53,502 bases of DNA, from positions 1 through 53,502 of the forward strand of contig CAJWLU010000024.1 of assembly GCA_913043225.1 (NCBI GenBank), in the 5' to 3' direction. The translations under genes and the position numbers were made by a program. Below, piece after piece: positions 29,064 to 38,917 of this stretch (position 1 is its first letter; the number at the start of each line of letters is the position of its first letter). The stretch comes from an uncultured Acidobacteriota bacterium. Its GTDB lineage: Bacteria > Acidobacteriota > Vicinamibacteria > Vicinamibacterales > UBA8438. The notes below the pieces were generated by a model. It saw nothing but the letters and a program-made list of their open reading frames with translations. It was not told where the DNA came from and did no database searches.

Positions 29064-29882
29064 ATGCCGGTCGACGTCGACGCCGTCGTCATATCCAACA
29101 CTAAGCTCTCGGATTTTTACAACGTCGTAGCTGTCGCGGCCCCTGACGTAGCTCGCCAGGCCCGTCCGGGTCAGTTCGTGATGGTGAAACCGGATAAGGA
29201 TTATGACCCGCTCCTCCGACGGCCTTTCTCGGTGTTCGAGATTCTCCGGGATCCCGCTGGCAGAGTCAGCGGTTTCTCGTTGCTGAACAAGCGGATCGGG
29301 GTCACGACCAGGCGCCTATATGACATCACCCCTGGAGAGCGGCTGCAGTGTCTCGGCCCGCTGGGGCAGGCGTTCGAATCGCCCGCCGCGGACCAGCAGG
29401 CGTGGATGGTCGCCGGCGGTGTCGGTCTCGCTCCGTTCCTCACCCTTGCCGAGAGCCTCGTCGAACGGTTGGCGGCGACCAGGCTTTTCTATGGGGGGCG
29501 AAGTGCAGACGACCTCTTCTACCTGGAAACCTTCGAGGCGCTCGGTGTGAGACTCGAACTCACCACCGACGATGGCAGCCGAGGCCACCCTGGACTAGTG
29601 ACCGGGCCGCTCCACCGCGCGCTCGACGAGACCGACAAGGGGATATCCGTCCGACTGTACGCCTGCGGCCCAACCCCAATGATGCAAGCTGTTACCGAAC
29701 TTGCCGCGACTCATGGCCGCTCCACCGACGTGTCGCTGGAACAAGTAATGGGATGCGGGCTCGGCGGCTGCTACAGCTGCGTCGTGCCGGTCGCCGAGCC
29801 GGGACAGCCGACCCGGTTCGTTCGGTCATGTCTGCAGGGACCGGTGTTCGACGGCGGGCGCATAGACTGGGACCAGCTATGA
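29064..29882 (+). CDS. pyrK: Dihydroorotate dehydrogenase electron transfer subunit
   Basis: PGQFVM, RRPFS, GPLG, AGGVGLAP, CGP, MGCGLGGCYSC..C 2Fe-2S motif. Confidence 0.93.
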   Translation: MPVDVDAVVISNTKLSDFYNVVAVAAPDVARQARPGQFVMVKPDKDYDPLLRRPFSVFEILRDPAGRVSGFSLLNKRIGVTTRRLYDITPGERLQCLGPLGQAFESPAADQQAWMVAGGVGLAPFLTLAESLVERLAATRLFYGGRSADDLFYLETFEALGVRLELTTDDGSRGHPGLVTGPLHRALDETDKGISVRLYACGPTPMMQAVTELAATHGRSTDVSLEQVMGCGLGGCYSCVVPVAEPGQPTRFVRSCLQGPVFDGGRIDWDQL

Positions 29883-30823
29883 GCGACCTGTCGGTCACCA
29901 TCGGTAGCCTGCGGCTATCGAACCCCCTCATCGCCGCTAGCGGTTGTTTTGGCTACGGCGTGGAGTACGCGGACCTGGTGGCGCTGGACACGCTGGGCGG
30001 CGTTGCGGTTAAGGGGCTCTTTCTGGAGGAACGGGAAGGACATCCGCCCCAACGGATCGTGGAGACCCCCAGTGGGATGCTCAACGCGATCGGATTGCAG
30101 GGGATCGGAGCGCGACGCTTCGTCTCGGAGAAGCTCCCTGAACTCAAGCGGCGGGGAGCGGTCGTCGTCGTCAATATCTGCGGCTCGACCGTGGATGAGT
30201 ATGCTGAGATCGCGCGAATCCTAGACGATGCGGACGGCATCGGTGCGATAGAGCTCAACATCTCCTGTCCCAATATCAGCAAGGGCGGCATGATGTTCGG
30301 CTGCTCGCTGGAGGGTACCCACGACGTTATCTCCGCCGTCAGGCGCGTGACCGCCCTGCCGGTGATGCCGAAGCTGACGCCGAATGTTACCGACGTCGCG
30401 TCGTTCGCGGTGGCCGCAGAGGAGGCCGGTGCAGACGCGGTATCGCTCGTCAACACTTTCCTCGCCATGGCCATCGATGTGGAAACCCGGCGTCCCCGGC
30501 TGTCCAACGTGCTGGGCGGGCTGAGCGGTCCCGCGATCCGCCCCATCGCCGTGCGCATGGTCCACGAATGCCACCAGGCCATCAAGATCCCAATCGTAGG
30601 GATGGGTGGGATCATGACCGCGGAGGACGTGCTCGAGTTCATGATCGCGGGGGCCACGGCGGTACAGGTCGGTACGGCGAACTTTGTCGATCCGCTGATC
30701 TGGGACAAACTCTTCGATGGTCTCCGCGCGTACCTCGACCGCCACGGTATCTCGAGCCTGGTGGACCTGGTCGGCAGTCTCGAACTAGAGGAAAGGACAC
30801 CGGCGTGCAAGAGCTCCTCGTAG
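29879..30823 (+). CDS. pyrD: Dihydroorotate dehydrogenase 1B catalytic subunit
   Basis: NPLIAASG, NAIGLQG, ELNISCPN, KLTPN, GGLSGPAIRP; ATGA overlap with pyrK. Confidence 0.96.
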   Translation: MSDLSVTIGSLRLSNPLIAASGCFGYGVEYADLVALDTLGGVAVKGLFLEEREGHPPQRIVETPSGMLNAIGLQGIGARRFVSEKLPELKRRGAVVVVNICGSTVDEYAEIARILDDADGIGAIELNISCPNISKGGMMFGCSLEGTHDVISAVRRVTALPVMPKLTPNVTDVASFAVAAEEAGADAVSLVNTFLAMAIDVETRRPRLSNVLGGLSGPAIRPIAVRMVHECHQAIKIPIVGMGGIMTAEDVLEFMIAGATAVQVGTANFVDPLIWDKLFDGLRAYLDRHGISSLVDLVGSLELEERTPACKSSS

Positions 30824-31512
30824 CCCTCGACGTCGACAGCCGCGACCAGGCACTCGCGCTGGCCGATCAGCTTCGGGGCACGGTCGGCGGGTTCAAGATC
30901 GGCAGCCGCCTGTTCACAATCGAGGGCCCGTCGCTCATTGCGACACTTGCCGACCGCGGAGATCGAGTATTTCTGGACCTCAAGTATCACGACATCCCCA
31001 CCGTCGTCGCCGAGGCAGTGCGAGCGGCCGGTCGTCTAGGTGTGTGGATGCTGACAGTGCACACGGCCGGGGGCGAGGCGATGCTCACGGGCGCCGCCGA
31101 GGCGGCGGCCGCTCTCGACCAGCCTCCCCACGTCGTGGGGGTCACGGTCCTGACCAGTTTCGACGAGGGAGAGCTGAACCAGATCGGAGTGACCCGAACG
31201 CTGGGAGACCAGGTTGAGTCGCTGGCCGCGCTGGCGGTCGCGTCAGGACTCGACGGCATCGTGGCGTCGCCGCGCGAGCTCGTTCCTCTGCGCGAGCGCC
31301 TGGGGTCGGCTCCCCTAATCGTGACCCCAGGCATCCGGGGCGGGGCCGCAGGCGCCTCAGGAGGCGATGACCAGCACCGGACGCTCGACCCGGCCGACGC
31401 GCTCGACGCGGGGGCCAGCTACCTAGTCGTGGGACGACCGATCATCGCGGCCGCCGACCCACTCGCCGCGGCCCGGGCCATCACCACCGCCTGCCAGACC
31501 ACTGGCCGATGA
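30805..31512 (+). CDS. pyrF: Orotidine-5'-phosphate decarboxylase
   Basis: VALD, FLDLKYHDIP, VTVLTS, TPGIR, VVGRPI. Confidence 0.96.
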   Translation: MQELLVALDVDSRDQALALADQLRGTVGGFKIGSRLFTIEGPSLIATLADRGDRVFLDLKYHDIPTVVAEAVRAAGRLGVWMLTVHTAGGEAMLTGAAEAAAALDQPPHVVGVTVLTSFDEGELNQIGVTRTLGDQVESLAALAVASGLDGIVASPRELVPLRERLGSAPLIVTPGIRGGAAGASGGDDQHRTLDPADALDAGASYLVVGRPIIAAADPLAAARAITTACQTTGR

Positions 31513-31787
31513 TCGCGCTGACCCTGTACACACGGGCCGGCTGCCACCTCTGCGATCAGATGAAAGCGGTGATCGAACGGGTCGCTGCTAACGCACCGCT
31601 AGCACTGGAGGAGGTCGACATCGATAGCGACACCTCGCTTCAGGCACGCTACGGCCACGACATACCCGTACTGGTGATCGACGACGCTGAAGTCGCCCGT
31701 CACCGTGTCGACGAACGTCGTCTCCGTGAACTACTGAGGAACCCCAAAGGAACTCGCGCGCGCGAGCCGAAGCTCACGCGCGCGTGA
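31509..31787 (+). CDS. Glutaredoxin-like protein (DUF836)
   Basis: LYTRAGCHLCD, IPVL; ATGA overlap with pyrF. Confidence 0.85.
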   Translation: MIALTLYTRAGCHLCDQMKAVIERVAANAPLALEEVDIDSDTSLQARYGHDIPVLVIDDAEVARHRVDERRLRELLRNPKGTRAREPKLTRA

Positions 31788-31814
31788 CGTCCCTCCCGGT
31801 CAGGATGACCAGGC

Positions 31815-32393
31815 CTACTTGGCGGTAATGATGAAGTGCCCGCGCCGATTTCTCGACCAGCACCCTTCGTGTGAGTCGGTGCAGAACGGCGACTCCTCAC
31901 CACGGCTGACGGTGGCGACACGATTGGCGGCAATGCCAAGGCCCAGCAAGTAGTCCCGCACCGCGGCCGCGCGGCGCTCACCGAGCGCGAGGTTGTACTC
32001 GTTGGTGCCACGCTCGTCACAGTGCCCCTCGATGCTGATCCGCGTCGAGGTCCACTGACGCATCCAATCGGCGTTGCGCTGCAGCGCAGCCCGCCCATCG
32101 GGCAACAGCTCGGACTGATCAAGCTCAAAGAACACCGGATCCAGCGGCGAGGTGCTGTTCAGCTCCTCGAGCGACATCCTCGCGAACAGCTCCTCCGGGC
32201 TCAGAGGCGCAGGCGGTGCTGGCTCGGGTGGCGGCGGCGGTGGTGGTGGCGGTGGTGGTGGTGCCTCGGGCGCCGCAGGTGGCGGTGGTGGTGGCGGCGG
32301 CTCAGGCGGCGGATTATCGGCGCAAGCTGCCGCGCCAAGACCGAGCAGCAGGCTCAGGGAGGCGGCGTGCAGGTAGTGATATCTGGACTTCAT
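31815..32393 (-). CDS. pal: Peptidoglycan-associated lipoprotein
   Basis: Lipobox AAA-C, poly-Pro linker, OmpA-like domain IEGHCDERGTNEYNLALGERRA, NRRG. Confidence 0.93.
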   Translation of the reverse strand: MKSRYHYLHAASLSLLLGLGAAACADNPPPEPPPPPPPPAAPEAPPPPPPPPPPPPEPAPPAPLSPEELFARMSLEELNSTSPLDPVFFELDQSELLPDGRAALQRNADWMRQWTSTRISIEGHCDERGTNEYNLALGERRAAAVRDYLLGLGIAANRVATVSRGEESPFCTDSHEGCWSRNRRGHFIITAK

Positions 32394-32487
32394 GTGCGGC
32401 GTCTCCTGTCTCAGCGCTCCTGGGTCGGAAGGGATCTCTCGGTCGGTAAGTCGATCCGACGAAATACCCGTGTGACCAGAAGAGCAA

Positions 32488-32516
32488 AGCTTAAAAGGAA
32501 CGGAGGGTTCTGTCAA
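32488..32516 (-). promoter_or_regulatory. Sigma70 promoter of pal
   Basis: TTGACA, 17 nt, TAAGCT. Confidence 0.65.
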
Positions 32517-32599
32517 ATCACAGTATTTCCAAGGACTTCCGGTGCCATTATGGTGATGTTTCTCGCCGATTTCCCGTCCGGGCGGACGACCCGTCAGTG

Positions 32600-32794
32600 T
32601 CACTCCCAGTCGTCGTCCGCGTCGGCATCAGGGTCGTCGTCATCAGCTTCCGGTTCAGCCAGCTCAAATTCGACCGGAGAAACGGCCGAGACGAGCAAAT
32701 TCGCTCCACATTCGGCGCAGCTCAGCTCGTCACCACGTTCGATGTCGAACTCGTCGACGTCGATGTCGGCATCGCATTCGCAACAGATCGGCAT
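32600..32794 (-). CDS. LysW-like small acidic zinc-ribbon protein
   Basis: CCEC..CAECGANLLV..SP.. two Cys knuckles, acidic tail ending DDDWE. Confidence 0.75.
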   Translation of the reverse strand: MPICCECDADIDVDEFDIERGDELSCAECGANLLVSAVSPVEFELAEPEADDDDPDADADDDWE

Positions 32795-32845
32795 AAAAAT
32801 CACCCGTAGGCGCTGTCGAGGATTCTCGCGCAGTCGGAGCCGCGG

Positions 32846-32874
32846 ATTATAGCGACCTGGAACGGCGCCCGCAA
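32846..32874 (-). promoter_or_regulatory. Sigma70 promoter of the LysW-like gene
   Basis: TTGCGG, 17 nt, TATAAT. Confidence 0.6.
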
Positions 32875-32939
32875 CGCGTCGACGGGCCCGCTGTGGGCTG
32901 GAGGCACATGACGGGACGACCGATAAGCAGTCAACGACG

Positions 32940-33656
32940 ATGCATGCCTCTGCCGCGAGCGCTCGGACGGTTCTCGTCGCGATTCAGGACGACACGGTGC
33001 GCGATAGGTTCACGGCAGCTCTGCACGAGGCGGGGCATCGGACCCAGTCAGCGGAGGAGGTCGATACGCTCTGGACTGCGCTCGACTCTAGCCCCAATGC
33101 CGATCTGATCCTCCTAGACCTGTCACTCTCGAATGAAGCGCACACACTGGTCTTAGCCATTCGGGCACGCAGCTCGCCCACACCACTTGTGATTCTGAGC
33201 GGGTCGGTCAGCGACGCCGACCAGGTCAGACAGCTGTCCAATCTCGGTGTGTCTGGCTACGTTAACGACCACACGGATCACGCACGGATCCTACCGGCGC
33301 TCGCGCCACATCTATTCCCTGACAGCTTCAATCGACGGAGCAGCCCTCGGGTTGAGCTCGCCGTCCCAGTCTCCTACCGGGTCGACTCGACCATTGCCAG
33401 TGCGATGACGCTCAATCTCGGGCGGGGCGGACTCGCGGTGCGAACCATGAGCCCCCTCGAGGTCGCGACCCGGGTGCGGGCTCGGCTGCGGCTTCCGGGT
33501 GCCTCCGACGACGTCGAGGCGGAGTCGAGGGTGGTCTGGCGCGACCGACGGGTCGGCGGCATGGGCCTGCAGTTTGAGGAGGTCAGCGCCGCCGACCAGG
33601 CCGCCATCGACCACTTCGTGGACCGCCAAGAACTAGCCCCGGATGGCTGGTCCTAA
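32940..33656 (+). CDS. Receiver domain + PilZ domain protein
   Basis: REC fold (DLILLD, VILSG, GYV); PilZ motifs RRSSPR, NLGRGG, GMGLQF. Confidence 0.85.
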   Translation: MHASAASARTVLVAIQDDTVRDRFTAALHEAGHRTQSAEEVDTLWTALDSSPNADLILLDLSLSNEAHTLVLAIRARSSPTPLVILSGSVSDADQVRQLSNLGVSGYVNDHTDHARILPALAPHLFPDSFNRRSSPRVELAVPVSYRVDSTIASAMTLNLGRGGLAVRTMSPLEVATRVRARLRLPGASDDVEAESRVVWRDRRVGGMGLQFEEVSAADQAAIDHFVDRQELAPDGWS

Positions 33657-33816
33657 CTGTGTCGGATCTTCCCCCCATACCAGCAGGCGACGGGCCGACG
33701 CTTTCGGAACTTAACGTGGCCTGAGACAACCTCGGGATCCGGGTTTGGCCGTGCGCGCCAGACGGCACGGTTCCTTGGCAGCCTGCCAACCTCCGTTGCC
33801 GAAGCATGTTCCTCTC

Positions 33817-33845
33817 TTGACAGCGCCATTCGTGGCCACTAGTTT
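33817..33845 (+). promoter_or_regulatory. Sigma70 promoter of the ABC operon
   Basis: TTGACA, 17 nt, TAGTTT. Confidence 0.6.
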
Positions 33846-33970
33846 AATCGGTCGACGTCTTTTCTGTCAGATGGTACGTCTAACAGCAGAGCGCTCCACC
33901 CAGGCAGTGGGGGGAGTCGGTGCCGCTAGTCGCGGGCAGCATCCTGCATTCAAGCGGAGGTGACGAGAAC

Positions 33971-34966
33971 GTGGTCGAAGTGCAACATGTGACCAAACGG
34001 TACGGGTCGCTGACCGCCGTCGACGACATCAGCTTCACCGTCGAGCGGGGCGAGATCCTCGGCTTCCTGGGGCCTAACGGCGCCGGGAAGACGACGACCA
34101 TGCGTATCCTCACCGGTTACCTGCCGGCCACGGAGGGACAAGCCCAGGTCGCGGGATTCGATGTGTTCGACCAGCCCCTGGAGGCCAAGCGGCGCACCGG
34201 CTACCTTCCCGAAACTCCCCCGCTCTACCCAGAAATGACCATCGAGGAGTATCTCCGGTTCGTGGCCCGTATCAACGGAGTACCGTCCAGCGAGCGGCGA
34301 CGACAGATCTCCACGGCGATGGAGCGCACCAACATCGCCGACATGGCCGACCGCTTCTGCGGCAAGCTCTCCAAGGGCTATCGCCAGCGCGTGGGCCTCG
34401 CCCAGGCGCTTCTGCACAACCCTGACGTCCTGATCCTCGATGAGCCGACGGCGGGACTGGACCCGCGGCAGATCATCGAAACTCGGAAGCTCATCGCCGA
34501 GCTTGCCGGCGACCACACCATCATCCTCAGCACCCACATCCTCCCGGAGGTCTCGCAGACCTGCCAGCGGGTGGTGATCATCAATCGTGGTCGCGTCGTG
34601 GCAGTCGACAGTCCGGACAACTTGACCGCGCGCCTCCAGGGCTCTCAGACACTCTACGTCCTGCTCGACAGCGCGGGGACTGACCCCGCGCCGGCGCTAA
34701 GGGCACTCCCGGGCGTCACCGGCATCAACAAGGTTGATGAACAGGGGCGTGCCATCGGCTACGAGGTGGACGCTGGACGGGGTGAAGACGTCCGCCGGGC
34801 GCTGTCTGGTGCGATCGTCAACGCGGGGTGGGGCCTCCTCGAGCTCAGGGCGCGACAGATGAGCCTCGAGGACATCTTCCTTGAGCTGACCACCGAAGAA
34901 TCCGATGCGGCACACGACCTGGGCCCGGACGAGACGGCGACCGACGCGGAGGCGATCGATGGGTAA
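33971..34966 (+). CDS. ABC-2 type ATP-binding protein (GldA-like)
   Basis: GPNGAGKTT, LSKGYRQR, ILDEPT, STH; SD GGAGG before GTG 33971. Confidence 0.93.
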   Translation: MVEVQHVTKRYGSLTAVDDISFTVERGEILGFLGPNGAGKTTTMRILTGYLPATEGQAQVAGFDVFDQPLEAKRRTGYLPETPPLYPEMTIEEYLRFVARINGVPSSERRRQISTAMERTNIADMADRFCGKLSKGYRQRVGLAQALLHNPDVLILDEPTAGLDPRQIIETRKLIAELAGDHTIILSTHILPEVSQTCQRVVIINRGRVVAVDSPDNLTARLQGSQTLYVLLDSAGTDPAPALRALPGVTGINKVDEQGRAIGYEVDAGRGEDVRRALSGAIVNAGWGLLELRARQMSLEDIFLELTTEESDAAHDLGPDETATDAEAIDG

Positions 34967-35726
34967 CGTCCTAGCTATCGCCCACAAGGAGCTCCGCGGT
35001 TACTTTGTGTCTCCGATCGCCTACGTCGTACTGGCGTTCTTCTCGCTGCTGTTCGGCTATTTCTTTGTTGCCAACATTAACGTGATGGTCCAAGTCAGCA
35101 GTAGCCAGTTTGGCATGGGCGGACCCCAGGTGGTGAACATCAACGAGTTCATGATCCGGGGCCTTTTCGGCAACACTGCCGTGATCTTGCTTTTCGTCCT
35201 TCCGACGGTGACGATGCGGGCCTACGCCGAGGAGAAGCGATCGGGCACCATGGAACTCCTGCTCACGGCTCCACTGAGCGACCTCCAAATCATCCTAGGT
35301 AAGTTTTTCGGCGCGATGGCCCTCTACGGCCTGATGCTGGCACTAACGCTGGTCCACATGGGCGTACTGTTCTGGTACGCCGACCCCGAGTGGGGCTCGG
35401 TGGTCACGGGCTACCTCGGGCTCTTCCTGATGGGTGGAGCGTTCATTTCGGTCGGCCTCGCCATTTCCTCGATGACCAAGAACCAAGTCGTCGCCGCCAT
35501 GGCCACCTTCGCGGTCCTGCTCCTGTTTTGGATCATCGACTGGATCGGCGACACCGCCGGAACGACCACCCAGGCAGTCCTGGCGTATCTCTCGCTGCTG
35601 ATGCACTTCGACGACTTCGCCAAGGGCGTCATCGACACCAAACACGTGGCCTACTACGCCAGCGTGATCACGTTCGGCCTGTTCTTGACCGCGAAATCGA
35701 TGGACACCGAACGTTGGAACGGTTAA
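34959..35726 (+). CDS. ABC-2 permease (GldF-like)
   Basis: KELRGYFVSPIAY, EEKRSGTMELLLT, GKF, TKNQ. Confidence 0.9.
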   Translation: MGNVLAIAHKELRGYFVSPIAYVVLAFFSLLFGYFFVANINVMVQVSSSQFGMGGPQVVNINEFMIRGLFGNTAVILLFVLPTVTMRAYAEEKRSGTMELLLTAPLSDLQIILGKFFGAMALYGLMLALTLVHMGVLFWYADPEWGSVVTGYLGLFLMGGAFISVGLAISSMTKNQVVAAMATFAVLLLFWIIDWIGDTAGTTTQAVLAYLSLLMHFDDFAKGVIDTKHVAYYASVITFGLFLTAKSMDTERWNG

Positions 35727-35745
35727 CGCTCGTCGCTCACTTCCG

Positions 35746-37344
35746 ATGCTGAACAGAATCCTCGGCTTCCTCGGCTGGTTCGGATCGCTACTGGTCTTTG
35801 TCGCGGTCGGGGTCTGGATTGTGCGGCCGGATCTCGATACCCTGCGCCGCACCCTGGCCTTTGCGGGACTAGCAAACATCCTGCTGTATGGCGCCGGTCA
35901 CTGGCGCCAGGTGCTCCGGTCATTCGAACGCAAGCAGACACGCTATGGCCTGTTCGCCGGCACCGGCGTGATTTTGGCCCTGGCTATCCTGTCCGGTCTG
36001 AATTGGATGCTGTCGCGTCAGAACCACCGTTGGGATCTGACCGCTGCACAGCAATACTCGCTCTCCGACCAGACGCGCCAAGTGCTGGAGACCCTTCCGG
36101 CGCCGGTCCGGATCCTGGTCTTCGCGCGTCAGCTCGACTTCCCACCCTATGAGGATCGTCTGGGCCAGTACGCCTACGAGTCGGACCAGGTCAGCGTCGA
36201 TTACATCGACGCCGACCGCCAACCGATGCTCGCCCGGCAGTACGAGATCGAGACCTACGGGACGATCGTCTTCGAGCATCAGGAACGGATCGAGCGCGTG
36301 TCGTCCCTCGCCGAGCAGGACCTGACGAACGCCCTCATCTCGGTCGTGGAGGGGGAAGAACGGAAGGTCTACTTCCTAGAAGGACACGGTGAGAAGAGCC
36401 ACACCGGAGCGGACGAGGGTGGCTACAGCACGGTCACCGATGCGCTCGGCTTCGACAACTTCGGCGTCGAAACGCTGATCCTGGCCCAGCGTGGCTCGGT
36501 ACCAGAAGACGCCACCGTGGTGGTGACGGCTGGCCCGCAGACCGACTTCCTTCCCGATGAACTGACGGCGCTCGATCAGTATCTCGAAGGCGGCGGCAAG
36601 TTGCTGGTCATGCTCGACCCGCCGATCGACACCGGGACGCCAACCCCGGAGGGACTCGTCGAACTGCTGGCGAACTGGGGGATCTCGATCGGCGACGATG
36701 TCGTGGTGGACGCCAGTGGGATGGGTCAGTTCCTGGGGGCTGACGCGTCAGTGCCAATCGCTGCAAACTACCCGATTCATCCGATCACCGACCGGTTCAA
36801 CCTGCTGACGGCGTACCCGCTCGCGAGGTCGGTGGCACCAATCTCGCCGAGCCCGGAGGGGCGAGTGGCCCAGTCATTCATCGAGACCGGCTCCCAAAGC
36901 TGGGCGGAGATGGACGTGGCCGGACTGACGGGCGGAGCCGAAGTGCTGCTCGACGAGGAGGCCGGGGACCTGCCGGGCCCAATCGCCATTGGCGCGGCAG
37001 TATCGGTCGCTGTTGACGGAACAGACGCCGAGGCGGCGGAGGCTATCGATGGTCCTGAGGCGGACGCGCCAGCCTCGCCGGAGGCACGACTTGCGGTCAT
37101 CGGAGACTCGGACTTCGCCAGCAATGCTGTCGTCGGCGTCTCCGGCAACCGCGACATGTTCCTCAACACCGTCAACTGGCTGGCTCGGCAAGAAAATCTC
37201 ATCGCCATCCGAGCCCGGGATCCGGAGGATCGTCGATTGACCCTCACGGCGGACCAACAGCGCGGCATTTTGGTGCTTTCGCTGTTACTGATTCCGGCGG
37301 CCACGGCCGGCGCCGGGTTCTATACGTGGTGGCGGAGACGGTAG
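35746..37344 (+). CDS. GldG-like ABC auxiliary protein
   Basis: WDLT..YSLS.QT, GHGE, GGKLL, GDSDF, N.VNWL; C-terminal TM and WWRRR. Confidence 0.85.
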   Translation: MLNRILGFLGWFGSLLVFVAVGVWIVRPDLDTLRRTLAFAGLANILLYGAGHWRQVLRSFERKQTRYGLFAGTGVILALAILSGLNWMLSRQNHRWDLTAAQQYSLSDQTRQVLETLPAPVRILVFARQLDFPPYEDRLGQYAYESDQVSVDYIDADRQPMLARQYEIETYGTIVFEHQERIERVSSLAEQDLTNALISVVEGEERKVYFLEGHGEKSHTGADEGGYSTVTDALGFDNFGVETLILAQRGSVPEDATVVVTAGPQTDFLPDELTALDQYLEGGGKLLVMLDPPIDTGTPTPEGLVELLANWGISIGDDVVVDASGMGQFLGADASVPIAANYPIHPITDRFNLLTAYPLARSVAPISPSPEGRVAQSFIETGSQSWAEMDVAGLTGGAEVLLDEEAGDLPGPIAIGAAVSVAVDGTDAEAAEAIDGPEADAPASPEARLAVIGDSDFASNAVVGVSGNRDMFLNTVNWLARQENLIAIRARDPEDRRLTLTADQQRGILVLSLLLIPAATAGAGFYTWWRRR

Positions 37345-38681
37345 TGAGTCGCGGCTCCTCGACGCTTGCCCTCCTTGTGGCCGCACTGGCCATGGGCGCC
37401 TACATCTACCTGGTTGAGTCCGACCGAGATCCGGCTGCCCCCGAGGCGCTCGAGTCGGTGTTCGATCTCGACTCCAACGCGATCTCGGCGTTGACGGTGA
37501 CCGCCGAAAACGGCGAGCGTACCGTTCTGCGCAAGACCGACGAGCGCTGGCAGATCGTAGAGCCATTCCAGACCAATGTGGACGTGACACAGGTGGTCGG
37601 CCTAACCTCCGGTCTGGCGTCACTCGAGCTGCAACGCGTCGTGCTCGAACCTGAAGATGCACCTGACCTGTCGCAGTTCGGCCTGTCGCCCCCACGGGTC
37701 TCGATTGAGGTCGAAGCAGGCGCACTCGACTCGGCGCTCTTCATTGGCGACGAGACGCCGACTGGTGGCGACCTCTACGCCGCCGTCGAAGGATCCAACC
37801 GGGTGTTTTTGATCTCGGGCTATCTCGACGGCACGTTCAATCGCACCATGTTCGCCCTGCGGGACAAGACGCTGCTGAGCTTCACCCGCAATCAGGTGAA
37901 CGGGCTGGAGCTCACCGGAGCAGATCTCTCAATTCGATTGCGCAAAACGGCTGACCAGTGGGCGCTGACCGAGCCATTCGAAGCCCACGCCGACCTGGCG
38001 GTCACCGATGGACTGATCGGACGGCTGGCCACCGACCAGATGGTCGCGATCGACACCGAGCGCGCGACTGACCTCGAGCCCTATGGCCTCTCCACTCCCA
38101 CCGTCACGACCCGGGTGTTACTCGGTGAGGAGTCCGCGACGCTCCTGGTCGGAACCCCAGCCCCGGATGGCTCGGTGTGGGCCAAGGACGCCTCGCGGGA
38201 CATGGTGTTCAGCATCGAGGCAACGCTGGCGGACGAGCTGGCTCGAGCCGCGGTCGAATACCGACGTAAGAACCTGTTCGGGTTCCGTCCGTTCAACGCG
38301 ACCCGGCTGGAGTTCGAGATCGACGACACGCAGCACGTCTTCGAACAGCAAGCAGCGGACGGTGTGGACGAGGCGGTCTGGCGCCGGCTCGAACCAAGGA
38401 GTCAGGATGTCGGCGATGGTGGACTCGACGACCTCCTGGCGCAGCTCTCGAACCTCCGTGCGGAACGCTTCGTCGATACGCGCGAAGGAACCGGTCTCGA
38501 TGGCCCCAGCGCCTCGGTGATAGTGACGTTTGATGACCCGTCTCGGCAAGAAAAGGTGTCGATCGGCCGAGGCAACGGGCAAGTGTTCGCCGTGAATGGT
38601 GAAGAGATCGGCGCCGCGGTCGTCACCACGAGAAGCTGGGACGACATCGTCGCGGCGCTCGACGCACTCCGACCCGATTGA
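37344..38681 (+). CDS. DUF4340 domain protein
   Basis: N-terminal anchor, repeated W..P..D / (F/Y)GL..P / LR.K modules; usual position after GldG-like gene. Confidence 0.75.
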   Translation: MSRGSSTLALLVAALAMGAYIYLVESDRDPAAPEALESVFDLDSNAISALTVTAENGERTVLRKTDERWQIVEPFQTNVDVTQVVGLTSGLASLELQRVVLEPEDAPDLSQFGLSPPRVSIEVEAGALDSALFIGDETPTGGDLYAAVEGSNRVFLISGYLDGTFNRTMFALRDKTLLSFTRNQVNGLELTGADLSIRLRKTADQWALTEPFEAHADLAVTDGLIGRLATDQMVAIDTERATDLEPYGLSTPTVTTRVLLGEESATLLVGTPAPDGSVWAKDASRDMVFSIEATLADELARAAVEYRRKNLFGFRPFNATRLEFEIDDTQHVFEQQAADGVDEAVWRRLEPRSQDVGDGGLDDLLAQLSNLRAERFVDTREGTGLDGPSASVIVTFDDPSRQEKVSIGRGNGQVFAVNGEEIGAAVVTTRSWDDIVAALDALRPD

Positions 38682-38791
38682 CGCAAGCACTTACGGGCGG
38701 ACCGACCCGAACCGGCCATACGGTGCGCACGCGACCTACACACCCAGAATCCCAGAGCTCAGCCGAGTCGCGGGACCCGGGCTACATGGCC

Positions 38792-38917
38792 TCACCGTTC
38801 GTTGCTCGCTGCATGTCCCCCTCCCTCCGCCATCACCCCGACGCTGGCGGCCCCGTCGACAACTTCGGCGTCGAAGGCCAGCAAAGCCGGATCTGTGTAG
38901 TAGAGGCGTTCAACCAT
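38792..38917 (-). pseudogene. 5' stub of an AlaX/AlaRS-editing-like gene
   Basis: [20 protein letters not shown] resembles the AlaX-type N-terminus; overlaps queC stop by 8 nt; stops after 41 aa. Confidence 0.6.

Noticed and set aside
32215..32310. GGT/GGC triplet run
   Set aside because: Encodes the poly-proline linker of Pal; not an independent repeat element
33971..38681. Gliding motility system
   Set aside because: GldA/F/G-like ABC modules with DUF4340 are widespread outside Bacteroidota; no motor or T9SS genes here
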